Notes under the pieces: generated by a model
What the model was told of the DNA's origin: nothing
The model's input: only the letters and a program-made list of their open reading frames with translations
Databases searched by the model: none
Program-made: the position numbers and the translations under genes
Shown here: positions 11,960 through 24,100 of the stretch, piece by piece
Layout of the letters: the number at the start of each line of letters is the position of its first letter
Numbering within the stretch: position 1 is the first letter of the stretch
DNA from: Klebsormidium nitens
Lineage: Eukaryota > Plantae > Klebsormidiophyceae
Assembly (NCBI GenBank): GCA_000708835.1
Contig: DF237032.1
Coordinates: 62,001 to 126,000, forward strand
DNA length: 64,000 bases
Direction: 5' to 3'

Positions 11960-14900
11960 TCACCGGAAGAACTGCCCGTTCCCCCCTCCCGGTGGCCCTT
12001 GCTGCCCGAACTGTTGCCCGGGGAACATTCCACCTTGCGCGCCGTTCTGTGGCATGCCCCCTTGCGGCTGCTGAAAGGGGGGCTGCTGCTGCATACCCCC
12101 CTGAAACTGCCCCGGCATGAACTGCCCGGGGCTTTGCCCTGGGCCCTGGAATCCATACATGGGGCCAGGCTGCATTGGGCTTCCTTGCATGGGGTGCATT
12201 CCCTGAGGGAAGGTTCCTGGGCTGTTCATCATCGGTTGCTGCCCGTAAAAGCCGGGCGACGCTGGAGGGGCGTTGGCCCATCCGGGGGATCCCTGGTTCA
12301 ATGGAAAAGCGTTCCCTTGGAAGATGGGGCCCTGCTGTGGGCTTGCGTGCTGGACTTGGAACTGCTGAGCCATCATTTGCTGCTGATACTGCTGCTGCAA
12401 CAGGGCCTGCTGCTGCTGTTGTTGGAACATGCTCCCACCCATCTGGTTTCCGCCCATCGGAACCCCCCCCATTTGTTGCACCCCTCCTACTTGTTGCACC
12501 CCCATTTGGCTCACCCCCATTTGATTCACTCCCGTTTGATGGGGCCCAGTCTGGCCCCCCGGAAACTGCTGCGAAACCGACTGCTGGCCAAGGGGGCTTT
12601 GCCGGCCTGAGGGATTGATCCCCCTCCCGCCAGAGGGCGTACTGGGGGATCCCCCTCCTCCACCGGGGGAACCCCCTCCCCAGTTGCCCCTCGCATCCTG
12701 CGGACTATAGCCCCCCTGTTGACTATTTCCGCTCTGCTGGTCTCGCCCCCGGCCCCTCCCCCGGCCTCTGCCCCGGCCCCTACCCCCCCAGCCCGCGCTG
12801 CCGAGGTCGAGTCCCGCGACACCATGTGCAGCAACCGACGCACGGGTCGCCTGGTGATGAGAACAGACAAGGTTTGGAAATGCGAAAGAAGGATAATTAA
12901 GGATATACAAAAGATGGAAGGAAGGCATTATCTGAGCAACGTTCTGGGGGTTTAAAGGGTTGAACGAAAAAGAAAACAACAACTGTTACAAAGAATCGTT
13001 GCCGCGTGTCCTGTGATCACAAATGCAGGGCTCCCAACTGCGTTAGACAAGGTTTTTAACCCAATTCGAGGCATCCCCAATCCAGCTGCCGATCAGTATC
13101 TTCTGCACGAAACGCGTAATTGATTTTGCAATCCAGCAACCAGCTTTACCTCCGTGTCAGCATGTGCCCTGTGCAAGTCCTCCGGAAGGTTAGAGGTTGC
13201 GAACAGACAACATACAATTGAGTGCTTTGTTGCCCAAGATCTCGAGATCTTCGCTCTCACCTCCCTTCCTCCCCCGCCTCTGTCTGCTTGCTCCCCATCC
13301 CCTGCTGCGCCAATCGCTGCTGCCGCTGCTGCAGCCTCATCAGCAGCCATGGGGGGAACATCACGCCGCCTGCAGCGCGCATGTCAGCGTTCGTGAGTTT
13401 TCAAGAAACACAGACTTCGTCTTGAATGTATAACAGCGGCATGAGCGGGGACGCTGTAGGAACGCTTTTCCACTTGCTCGACAGGAGACAGAACGCTGGC
13501 ACACTGTAAAAAGCATCAGGAAATCTTGGCACGCGGCACACCGATACGAGGCGTTCTCGTTGAAAACATACCGAAACCAGCCTCTCACATGTACGTCTGA
13601 CTGTGCCGCAAACCTGCCATGTCACTTTGCCACTTCGTGCACAGATGCAATCCATGCTGCGCAGTATCGCTTCCAAAGGTTGTTCACTGCTCAAGAACAG
13701 GGGTGATCTATTCCGCCCCAACTCACCTCTTCTCTTTCCGTTTCCGCTTCGCCTCGGCTTCCGCCTCGTCGTCGGAGAACTCCTCCTGTGCGGAGGAGGA
13801 GCCACGTCAGCAGTGCAAATGTAAGGGAATAAGCGCAGCCTGCTCATGAACACAGAGCGGATCCATACCCACAACACCTAATTGACTGCAGACGTCGAGC
13901 ATTCAAAAGCAGGCCTTCAACTACGCAATCAGTATTCTTCCGTTTAGGCGAAGTTTTTGAACGGATCAAAGGAGTTCTCTTCTGACTCAGCCCTCAAGGC
14001 TTTTTCAGGAGAAGCCGATACTCGTAGACGGTGGTGCCAATTCGAAAGGCGTCCACCAAGCAGCAACACTTCACGTGTGCTTTCATGTAGCTCAGATTTG
14101 GGGAAGCTACTATCGAATAAAACCCTGGCCCTTGGCTAATTAACGGAGCCAAAACGGAGCACTTCACACGGGAAAAGTGCCGAATGAACCGGAGCTAATA
14201 GGCCGCAGTTTGAGGCCGATGAACAGAGAACAGATTGTTGTCATGAGAAAATGAAGAAGCTGTTAATCAATCCAAAGACTTTGGGGATCGCCGGCTCGAG
14301 TACAGTGGGTTTTCAAGTGAACCCTTTTGTGAGGGCCCAGGGATTCGCGGGGTTCTCGTCATTGCCAGCGAGGTTTGTGCTTATTGTTTGTAGAACCTTC
14401 ACACCAGAAAGGTACGGTAAATAGACGTCACAAAACCTCAAAGACACCGAGCAGATTAGGTACCCTTGTTCGCAAGCTGGAAAAAGAAGAGCGCTCCTCG
14501 CATCAAACTTTAGTAGCTCCTCAACGCTAGAGCAGTGACCACATCACCCGGACAAAACCCCGAATCAGATGCTTCGCACCGCTGGGCGCCAGTCCATGAA
14601 CGCATACCTTGTCACGAAGCAGAAACGACCCCGCTACACGTGTTGAGCCTTGACGCAGCCCAACACGCATTCATCTGACCCACACAAAGAGAAAGAAATC
14701 GTACACGTGGCAGTCCCTTACCTCCGCATCTGCATCCGCCTCGTCCACGTCATAGCCCTTTCTGTGCAGCTCCGCATCGTTCAGCAGGAAAATTGCATGC
14801 TCCTCCGCATAGCCAACCTCCGTGCCCGCGGCAGTACCCGCGGGCACCTACGCACACACGCGCAGAATCAAAGACCTAGATGCACCACTTAGGGCCAGCA

Positions 14901-17427
14901 TGCAGACGAGGCTGACAGAGCAAAGTGCTGACTCGATTTTTTTTGCCTAATGAACTTTTTGTATGGGTGCTCGCACCAAAAGTACTGTGGTGGCTGTGAG
15001 TGGAGCAGCGAGCAAGTGGCATGGTGTGCAGTGGCAGCATAACGGAAGAAGCTCCAGCGCCGTGCATTGTTGATTGTAGCGTAACCAAACGTTGAATGTT
15101 ACCCGATCACCGCTTTCGAACTCCCCGCCTCTGAACTTGAACCCTGACATCACCAACCAACCATTTTCTTGCAACGTGTCTGGACTGCTTCTGCAAGCAC
15201 TAGGCGAATGCTTTGCACATTGAGGGATTGCAAGCGCAGAGTGACGAACAACAGGCCCTCACCTCGGCTTCGTTGTTGAAGCGCACCGAGTATAGGGGTG
15301 CCGTGACGGGCCCAAAGAGGTCGTCCACCTGCGTATGGGAGGAATACAGCCATCAGTCCTCTACCTTTCGATAAGAAAAGCGAGGCTGTCCGTCCATGGG
15401 AACCCTTGCATGTTCATTGTACAAATGGCGACTAACTCGCTCATGCATTGCTCAAGTAGAACTACAGCTTTACATACCTGAAAACAGCTATAAGCTTTCA
15501 GAGAAAGTATGTTGGGGACAACGTTTTCTCCAAAGCATAAGCGCGAGTGTTTCATATAAGCTACTTCCTGGCAAAACGCCAGAGAACAAAGTGGGAGAGC
15601 ATCATTTGGGAGAGTCTACGGAAGCAGAACTGAATAACACACCCGTCCGAGTGGTTCTCGTGTATCCATGCGCCACAGGATGCTTCCCTCGTCCAGCACC
15701 CGCTGCTTGCCGGTTGCCTGGACCACTAAGAGACGACCCACCATCTGTAGATAAAAAGGAGGGATCAATCAAATTGCTTCAGTTTGCAAGGTTGCAAAAC
15801 TTACTATCTTGAGAAGTGACATTTTCGATTCATTGGGACAAGCTCGCCCCGTCCTTAGCTGGTCTAAGGAGAAGCTTCAACTGTCCTGCCACGGAGAAAG
15901 CAGGCTAAAAAGTGAGGTGCGACACTAATAGATGAACTTGAGCGTGGTGGTTCCTTGAAGGGCTTGTAAACTTGCTTCAAAGTGGCAGTTGAAGTGTTCT
16001 CATCTGCCCCCATCTCCTTAGTTGCCTTCAGAGCCGCAGACCAAGTAGCTTGTCTGGTTCCATGCTTGGTGCATGATGCAGGAGATGCAACGTGCTCTTA
16101 TGGCTTTTCAAAAGCTTAATTACTTTTTACCACCAGTCCCGTGAGTTGGGGGGCAGACAGGCTACCTACTCAAAGAAAGTCAGCGGCGAATAGCTCACCG
16201 AAAAGACGGGTCCCACATGTACGAGCTCCTGCCCCTCCGACAGCGTGACCTCGACGGGAGCCACTGGGGGAAGAACCTGCAGGATGATTTGAGAGGTCAT
16301 CTATGCTCACATGAAATATGTATAACTCAGTAAAGGAGAATTGTACATTCAAATACCTTTGCGAAGGTTCTCTCGGACTGAGATAACAGCTTCTTTCTTG
16401 CTCCTTTTTCAGATGTAACGAGGCAACAAGCAACACGCATCCAAAAACCAGTTACTCTCAAGCATTGCTGCCAAGCGGCATCTCGTCGACAGACTGGAAC
16501 AGTCTGCAAGCCCCCAGACCTGCCGCACCACCTGATTGACCAGGTTTTTACTGGAAGACACGTAGCAGTGGCCGCCATTCTATCAAGCAGCACCCAGCCG
16601 TAGCAAACAAGAATTCCCCAAAGCATGGAAGCAGTGGCGCTCGATCACATGATGCTAACCACAGACCGCACCTCTTCTGGCTCCGGTGCCTTCTTCTTCC
16701 CTTCCATCAGCTCCTCTAAGTCCTCCTCTTGCAACTCCCGAGACGCCTTCATCCCCACATCGTCCCCCGTCACCTTGTTGCTCTCCTCTTCCTCCTCCTC
16801 CTCATCACTGCTGCTCGGCGCACTGCTCGAATCAGTCTCCGCTTCTGCTTCTTCCTCGCTTTCCTCTTCCTCACTCTCTTCTTCGTCACTTTCTTCCTCA
16901 TCGCTCTGTTCCTCTTTCTTTACCTGGTTCTCTTTGTCATCCACCACCTTTTTTTCTTCCATTACCTCGTCCTTCTCACCGACACTAACTTGAATGCTGG
17001 TTTCAGCATTCGCCACAGGTGCCAAATCCGCCTCTAGTTTCACATTTGACGGTGCAGTACTGACCACACCACCCTCCATCGCCAGCTTTTCAGCACCCCC
17101 GTCTACAGGAACACTTTCAACATGGTCTCCTTGGAGCATTGCCTTTGACCCCCCGTTGTTTTCCTCCACACTCCTGCTGCTGGCCCCATGCAAACCTTCC
17201 CTTGAGTGTGCCCCCTCATTTACCTTCCACTGCGGTGCGTTTCCTGCCGTCCTCTCTACATTATTTGCATTACCACCTTCTGGCTCGCCAACGGGAGCCA
17301 CATTCTGACCCTCATCTTTACCGTGTACATTACCACCATGGCCACTCTCAGCTGCCAGCATTGCGCTTCCTGCAACCACCGTGAGGGCAGCCAGTTCTTG
17401 CCCCGCCCCTGAATCCATCCTCCACAT
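11960..17427 (-). CDS. NAF1: H/ACA snoRNP assembly factor NAF1 with acidic N-terminus and long G/Q/P-rich C-terminus
   Basis: Exons 17427-16672, 16276-16199, 15744-15643, 15328-15263, 14847-14722, 13785-13727, 13369-13261, 12850-11960, phases checked. Gar1/Naf1 core: LPPVAPVEVTL, VLDEGSILW, LGRVDDLFGPVTAPLYSVRF, KGYD and EEFSDDEAEAEAKRKRK. Confidence 0.9.
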
Positions 17428-18180
17428 ATGACAGGTGGACTCTCGCCAGCTTTCAGCACACTGAAAGTGGCCCGGTGCAGAAATGATGCTTTTCTACATG
17501 AGGGCTTTTCAGGTACCGTAGTTTGGATGGCTTACAACCACTCAGCGCCAAAATTTTCGTATGTCGTTTCTCCTTGCTTCAAGTTCAACTTGGTAGAATG
17601 GCACAAAGTTGTGCTAGAGCCTGTAGTCTGCAGAGCCCATGGCTAGAGCCTAGACTCAGACTCAGAGGCACCATGGCATTGAATTTGCAGGCAAGTCGCC
17701 AAAATCCTGCAACCTGCGCGCCTGATCGGGAAAAGTGCGCGCGCGAAATATCTTACTTTTCAGTCATCATGATTCATCAGGATCATTATTGGCTTCAAAG
17801 CTCAGGAAAGGACCGTTGAAGCTGCGCGCGCGGCCTCGACCACAGTGGAGGCTGGTATTAGTAGGTACGTCTCTATCCTAGCCAGACTTCATGAGCACTT
17901 CATGAATTTCAAACTTCATCGGAAGGATTCAAGGTCCAGGATAAGATCTGGACGGGCAGCGCGCAAGGACAGGAACTGTAGAAGCCTCGCATTTGAAGCC
18001 TAAAGTACCAGCAAACAAGCAAAACGCCAGTCTAAACAGAGCTACTGGCGATGGTTTAAGGAAGAAAAGCCAATGCAATGATGTGTCCATGAAACGAAGC
18101 GTCCGCGCCAGGCAATGAGCCATCGTAAAGCGCTTCTTTTCTAGCATTAGGCTCCCATTGTTTTCTCCCGCCCTGTCAAC

Positions 18181-21100
18181 ATGTCCCTTGCGACAGCTGT
18201 CCACCAGGCCTGCTGTCTGGCCGCCCCCGTCCTCCCTCACCAAAAGAAACACAACTTTGGGCTCCCACAAACTCCCTGCCTCTTGTTCAATGCATTCTTG
18301 GGCACCAGAGCACTCCGCCCGCGACAGCTGTTGCTTTCCAAGCATTGCGCGCGTCAACATTGGCCACGCTTAGCTCAGTGCCAGGCCCCCCGCGCCAGCG
18401 CCGGCAATGTTGGCACCGACGTCGAAGGGGGCCGCGCCCTTTTCCGTGCCGAGCAGCGGCGAGCAGAGGTGCTTCTGCCAGCATTTGTGGTGTCGGTCAG
18501 CGCGGGCGACGTCCTGACCGGTGGTAAAACGCTGACTGAGAATGTTGATGAAGCGTGCGCGGGGGGGGCCACAATGGTGCTGCTTACGGAAGAAGGGGAC
18601 GCGGCCGGCGGAGGCGGCGGTGGTGCATTGTATGAGGCAGCCTGCGTGCTGCAGAGAGTAATAAGGGGCCGGGCCCAGCTGCTTATAGCGGAGCGGGCGG
18701 ATATTGCAGCGGCCGCGGGGGCGGATGGTGTCCTTTTATCTGCGCAAGGTAATGTCCGGCCACAAGGAAAAGCAAAAAATGTGGGCGCAAGGTTTCAAGA
18801 ATAGGAGCAGGCAATGCTGCTCCAAAACATGAGAATGCCAGGACAATGCCGGGGGTGATGGCCTTGGAATGGGGCTTCGTCAACTAAAGTACAGCCGATT
18901 GAATTGAGCTCTTCGCAGCTCCAGCAGCCAATTTTGGAACTTTCAACTGTTTGCACTAGATGGACAGAACGCCCAACTTACAAGCTCAGACCTCTGAGTT
19001 AAATCTTTTCGGTCTATTCTTTTACATGCAATACACACTTTGTGAATGCTGTGTTAAGTGTCTGGTCTTTGTGGGTGAAATATCAGCTTGACTGCGGTAT
19101 GCAGAACTAATGTACGGAAGAAATACTCAATTAAAAGGAAGCACAAACCCGTTTCTCAAAGGACCACCACTGTCTGTACCCTCCCCAGGCCTCCCAACGG
19201 TGGTGGCCCGTCGAATGCTGGGCGGCGTAAGCGCGAGCGAAATGGGGGTGCTCCCTTTAGTCGGGCGCGTTGTTGCCACCGCCAGCGAGGCGCGCACGGC
19301 TGCGGCTGAAGGCGCCGATCTTCTCGTCCTCTCACCGTCCCCCCGTCAGAAAGAAGAAGCGCAAGACGCCACCCGCGCTGGAGTGGGGGTGCCTCTGGTT
19401 GCCATTGCAAAGGGAAACGACGCGACAGCTGTCGTGGGCGCGGGGGCCGACGGGGTTGTTGTGAGCCTGATAGAACTAGAGGGGGGGCGGCAAGCGGTGA
19501 AGGATCAGTTGGAAAGGGTACGGGCGGCGCGGAGCAAGGGCGAAAGCGCGGAGGGGGAGAAACTAGCGACGGGAGGAAATGGGAGTGTGAAGAAGGCAAC
19601 GAAGAGCCCGGGTCTTGGTCAGGATTTGCAGTTGATAGACGAGAGCGGGAAGTTGTTGATTGAGGAGGAGCGCACGCTGCTGACGAGACTGCGGGATTTG
19701 CTGGAGGAGGCGACGCCCGAGGTGAGAAACAAGAGTGGGGAAAGCCATGACTAACTGGAGCGAAACTCTGTGCGCTGAATTGATTGGAAGATGCGATGGA
19801 TAATGTGGTAAGACACAAAGGTTGTGTGACTGGAGTGCCATGCCGCCGCCCGTCTTTGAGGCTTGCATTCATGCACGTAAAAATCCGCCTAGGCCACAGA
19901 GTCGCTCGACGGGGCAGTTTGCTTGTGGGACTATATCACAGTGCTTCATGGATGAGTTGGTCGTACAGTATCCTGATGTTCGACAGCTGTTTCTCTGCGT
20001 AATGCTCACTTGCCATCTCTGCCCGTGCTGCCTCAGATGTCGGAGCTGTCGTTACTAGAAGACGCCCTCGAGCAACTAGATCAGCTCTTCTTGCTGGTCA
20101 TTGTGGTAAGCCCCTCAGTGTCGGCGCCTGCTTCTTGTCAGGTGTATCTGCTTGCATTGGCTGAATCTTATGAGCGTGTGTTGCTCAAGCCTTTCACTCA
20201 TTGTCAGGTGCAATCTCTGCCTTTCGTGGTTGAACTCTTGTTTGCTGTGTTCTCAGACCCTGCCAGGTTGATGAAAGAACTGTTCATCCAAGTCCGCCAA
20301 GCAGAGAGACTGCAAAAGCTGCACTCCCCAAGCCCTCATCCCTCATGCTCTTCGTTTCCTGGTATTTCACTTCTGCTAACTCTGGGCCCTGTAAGTCCCC
20401 CACACTTCATGCTGATATTGAATCCCTCATCTTTTTTAAACCGGGGGAGATCTTACTGCCTCCCTTTTTCAGGGCGAGTTCAACAGCGGCAAGTCGAGTG
20501 TGATCAACGCGCTGCTGGGCGCTAAGTTCCTGAAGGACGGCGTGGTTCCCACCACGAACGAGATTACGCTTCTTCAGCACACCGGGGACGGCCACGCCGA
20601 GGGAACAGAGCGCTCGGAGCGCCACCCAGACGGGCACGTCCTGCGGTACCTCCCGGCATCGTTGCTGAAACAGGTACGGCGTTGGTTTTGGACTCTGATT
20701 TGCGATGGATAAGAAGGTGTGACTGTGTGAACGTCTGCACCCCTTCACTCGGGCATGACTTTCTAATCCTTTTGGGAGAATTGGATCGGTCTTGTCACGT
20801 ACAAGATAGTCAATCGAGACGTGCATACGAACTCCTGACGGACTTTTGGAGATAGGTTCTCTAGATGTCGGAACATTGTCCTTGTGTTAACGCCGTAGAC
20901 ACGAGAAGGACGACATGAGTTTCGCAGCTTCAGTGCAAGCTTTCCACCACAAGTCCTCTTGCTTTTTGTCCGGGTTTGGCAGTTCTCAGTCCTTTGTTAT
21001 TTGGTTCGCAAAAGACCCTACCTTCAAGAAGAGCATTGTAGATGCCCATGACACGGAAAGTTGTCGTAACAATGATCACCCGGATGCTACAGCTGTTTGC

Positions 21101-24100
21101 AACACACTTGACATCGGGCTTCAGATGTTTGGAGCATGGTCATTGGTCTCCAATCTTGGATCATACGGCTGACGATGAGAGGGGTCCGAGGCTGCAAATT
21201 ACAATGAGAAGGGAAAGCTGGGGTAGCAAGTTTGATACGAAGAGGAGTAACCCCGAGTGCCCCCCCCCTCTGCCAGATGAGTGTGGTGGATACCCCCGGG
21301 ACGAACGTGATTCTTGAGCGGCAGCAGCGGCTGACCGAGGAGTTCGTCCCCCGGGCAGACCTCGTACTCTTCGTGCTCTCCGCCGACAGAGCGCTTACGG
21401 AGTCAGAGGTACGTACCACAGACTAACTTTGATAACGTCAATGTTCTTGTTCTCAGTATGCAAATGCTTTCGTCGTCTGGCATCCGCAAGCGCCGTAGAG
21501 TCCCTCTCATTGAGCACGCTAGGTCTTAGGAGATTAGAGTCAAGGATTCAAAGCTGTACGTAGACAGTTGAGGTGGGAAATCACTTGTCAAGAGTGCAAT
21601 CGTCTCCGCCTCGACTTTCTTCTCTTTGTGGCTGCCTGAATGATGTGGGCTCGAGAGAAAAGTAAGTCGCCCTCTTTGCTGGTTGTTGGTTGGTGAAAAA
21701 TACACTGGCAGTCGGCCAGTTTTGGAAGAAGTTTGCTCCCTGCGACACCTGTTTGCATGTGGGCTCTCGTCGCAGCCAAACACTCTTCTCAACCTGGAAG
21801 ATCTTCTTCGCTTCATCCGTCTCTTGCCGTTTCGCTGGTGCCAGGTGTCGTTCTTACGTTACATCCGGCAATGGGGCAAAAAGGTGGTGTTCTTGCTCAA
21901 CAAGGCGGATCTGCTGAGCAGCGAACAGGAGGTGAGGCCGCAAGCCTGTTATTTTCGAGCTGTTTACGCTTTTAAAGACTATCAAGGCCTTGGGGGTTGG
22001 CCTTGCAGATCAAATTCAGGATCCAGCATTGAAAACACAGGACTCAGCAGATAGGGACTGTATGTTCAAACCGCTGTTTGGTTGCAACTCCGTGCTTCCG
22101 TGTTGAGTGAGAGAGGATCGTCATCTCATTTGTCTATGCGACTTGGCTTCGTCTGACTTCGGCTTTCCGCAATAGCCCCCAGATTTTGCTTCGAATCTCA
22201 CGCCGTTTCCTTCTTGCCCTTCCCAGCTGGACGAGGTGACGTCATTCGTCGCCAACAACGCGATCCGCCTCCTCGGCGTCGACTCCGCGCCCATCTACCC
22301 CGTCTCCGCGCGCCGCGCGCTGCGCGCAAAACTCGCCGCCCCTAGTTCCCCCGCCGGCGGGCCCGACCCGGCCCACCTCACAAACAGCCCGGACTGGACC
22401 TCTAGCGGATTTTCCGCTCTGGAAGATTTCATTGCGGGTTTCCTCGGGGGGGGCGCGCAGGGGGCGGAGCGTATGCGGCTGAAGTTGGATACGCCGCTCG
22501 GGGTTGGCGCGGCGTTGTTGGCGGCGGCGCGCGGGATTGTTGCCGGGGAGGGGGAGCGCGCGTCGGAAGATTTGGCGGCGCTCGAGGCGGTCCAAGAGCA
22601 GGCAAGCGGACCGCAAAATTTTGCGGTGCTCCAAACCGGGGCGCTACCGTCCATTCTGGAAATAAGGACTTCAGTCTGTAAGGATTTGGCTTGCGTTTCG
22701 TCATATTTGGCAGGGCCGGTTCAGTACCTGAATTGCTGCAGACGATGACAAACTTGCCCCAAACGAAACCTTGGGAGGGCTGATCTTTCAACGTCAACAT
22801 TGACAACAGCGCTGCGCGCTTTTTGTCGTCCCTCAACGATTTCATGGTTTTGCGGTCCGCCTGCAGGTCGCTAAGTTCCGAGCGGCCATGGAGAAAGACG
22901 CGGGGGCGCAGCGCGAGAAGTCCGCAAGGGCGGTGAGGCGCTCTTACCTCAAAGTTGAAACGGATCCTAAGTACGACGTTCCAAATCTGAGAACCGAAGT
23001 GCAGGTCTTAGTAGAAGAGGTCCCCACTCGCATCATTCTTGACTCTGGAGCGACCATGTCCGGTGTGTCGGAGAGCTTGGTGCATGTGTGATCCGCTTTG
23101 TATGTTGTGCGTGCTGTGGTGCGAACTTGGTGCGTGCGAGCAAGGAGGCAGCTCTTTACAATATGGAATGAAGCATGTTATTATCCTTGAAGAAGTATGT
23201 GGTGTACGCGTTTTCACAAGTGTCCGCTTTTCTTTCCGAACCGTGTGTACCACGTCTTTGTGCCCTCGCGTGCCTCCTTGAGATCCACACTTGCTAGTTA
23301 TTCTATGTTGTAGCTCCTTGCTTCGGGTCGCTTCGTCTGTAGAGTGTATTCTACGCATGCCGTCCCTACTGCAAGCAATCTGAACGAACGACTGTTCAGT
23401 TAAGCCCGGCTTTCAAACGGCAGACAATGTCTACAGACCGGTCCTGTCTCCTCTAGCAGTCAATGTCTGACTCATGTTTATGCCCTTCATAATTATCACG
23501 CCAAGGTTGACCATCCCCCGCTCTGTGAAAGTCGCTCCAGTGGTTCCGATTGCTAGGGCGTTTTCGGTTGCTGAAGGATCAGCAGAGGAGTGCTACTCCA
23601 GTGGCTGTCTTTCATCCCAGTCGCTCTCGTGCTGCCAGGTGGCAGTCGCTGGGCAGCCGGCTGGACTCCCTAGTTCCCAAGTCAAGTCTAGTACGATCTC
23701 TTTGGATCGTACAATGTCACAAGCGTCGAGCCGCAACAACTCTCAGTAAATCCGTCATCTTTGCCCCAAGCCTGCTTCTGAACTCCGACCAATCCTGTGC
23801 TGCCAGGTGGCGGAGGCTGCGAAGCGCGCGGGCCGATTGGTGGACCGCATCTTGACGATCTCCAATGTTTCCGCCCTCGGCAAGTACTTGCTCGGCAGCG
23901 TGCAAGACGACACCGCCGGCATGCCCGTCGCCTCGCGCTTCCAGCGGGATGTCGCAGACCAAGCAATTGCTGACGTCAAGGTATGGTGGTGGAAAGATTC
24001 CTTTCAAAGAGTCAAGTCATCCCTGAAGTGGCGCTGGTCGGGCGTCTGCACAGTGACGCGGTGTCATACGTTGAAATGTGCAAAGCACTGAATATCCGTA

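Noticed and set aside
19960-19980. GTATCCT, resembling a U12-type donor
   Set aside because: It lies in the interior of FZL intron 2. All modelled junctions are explained by U2-type GT/GC-AG sites.
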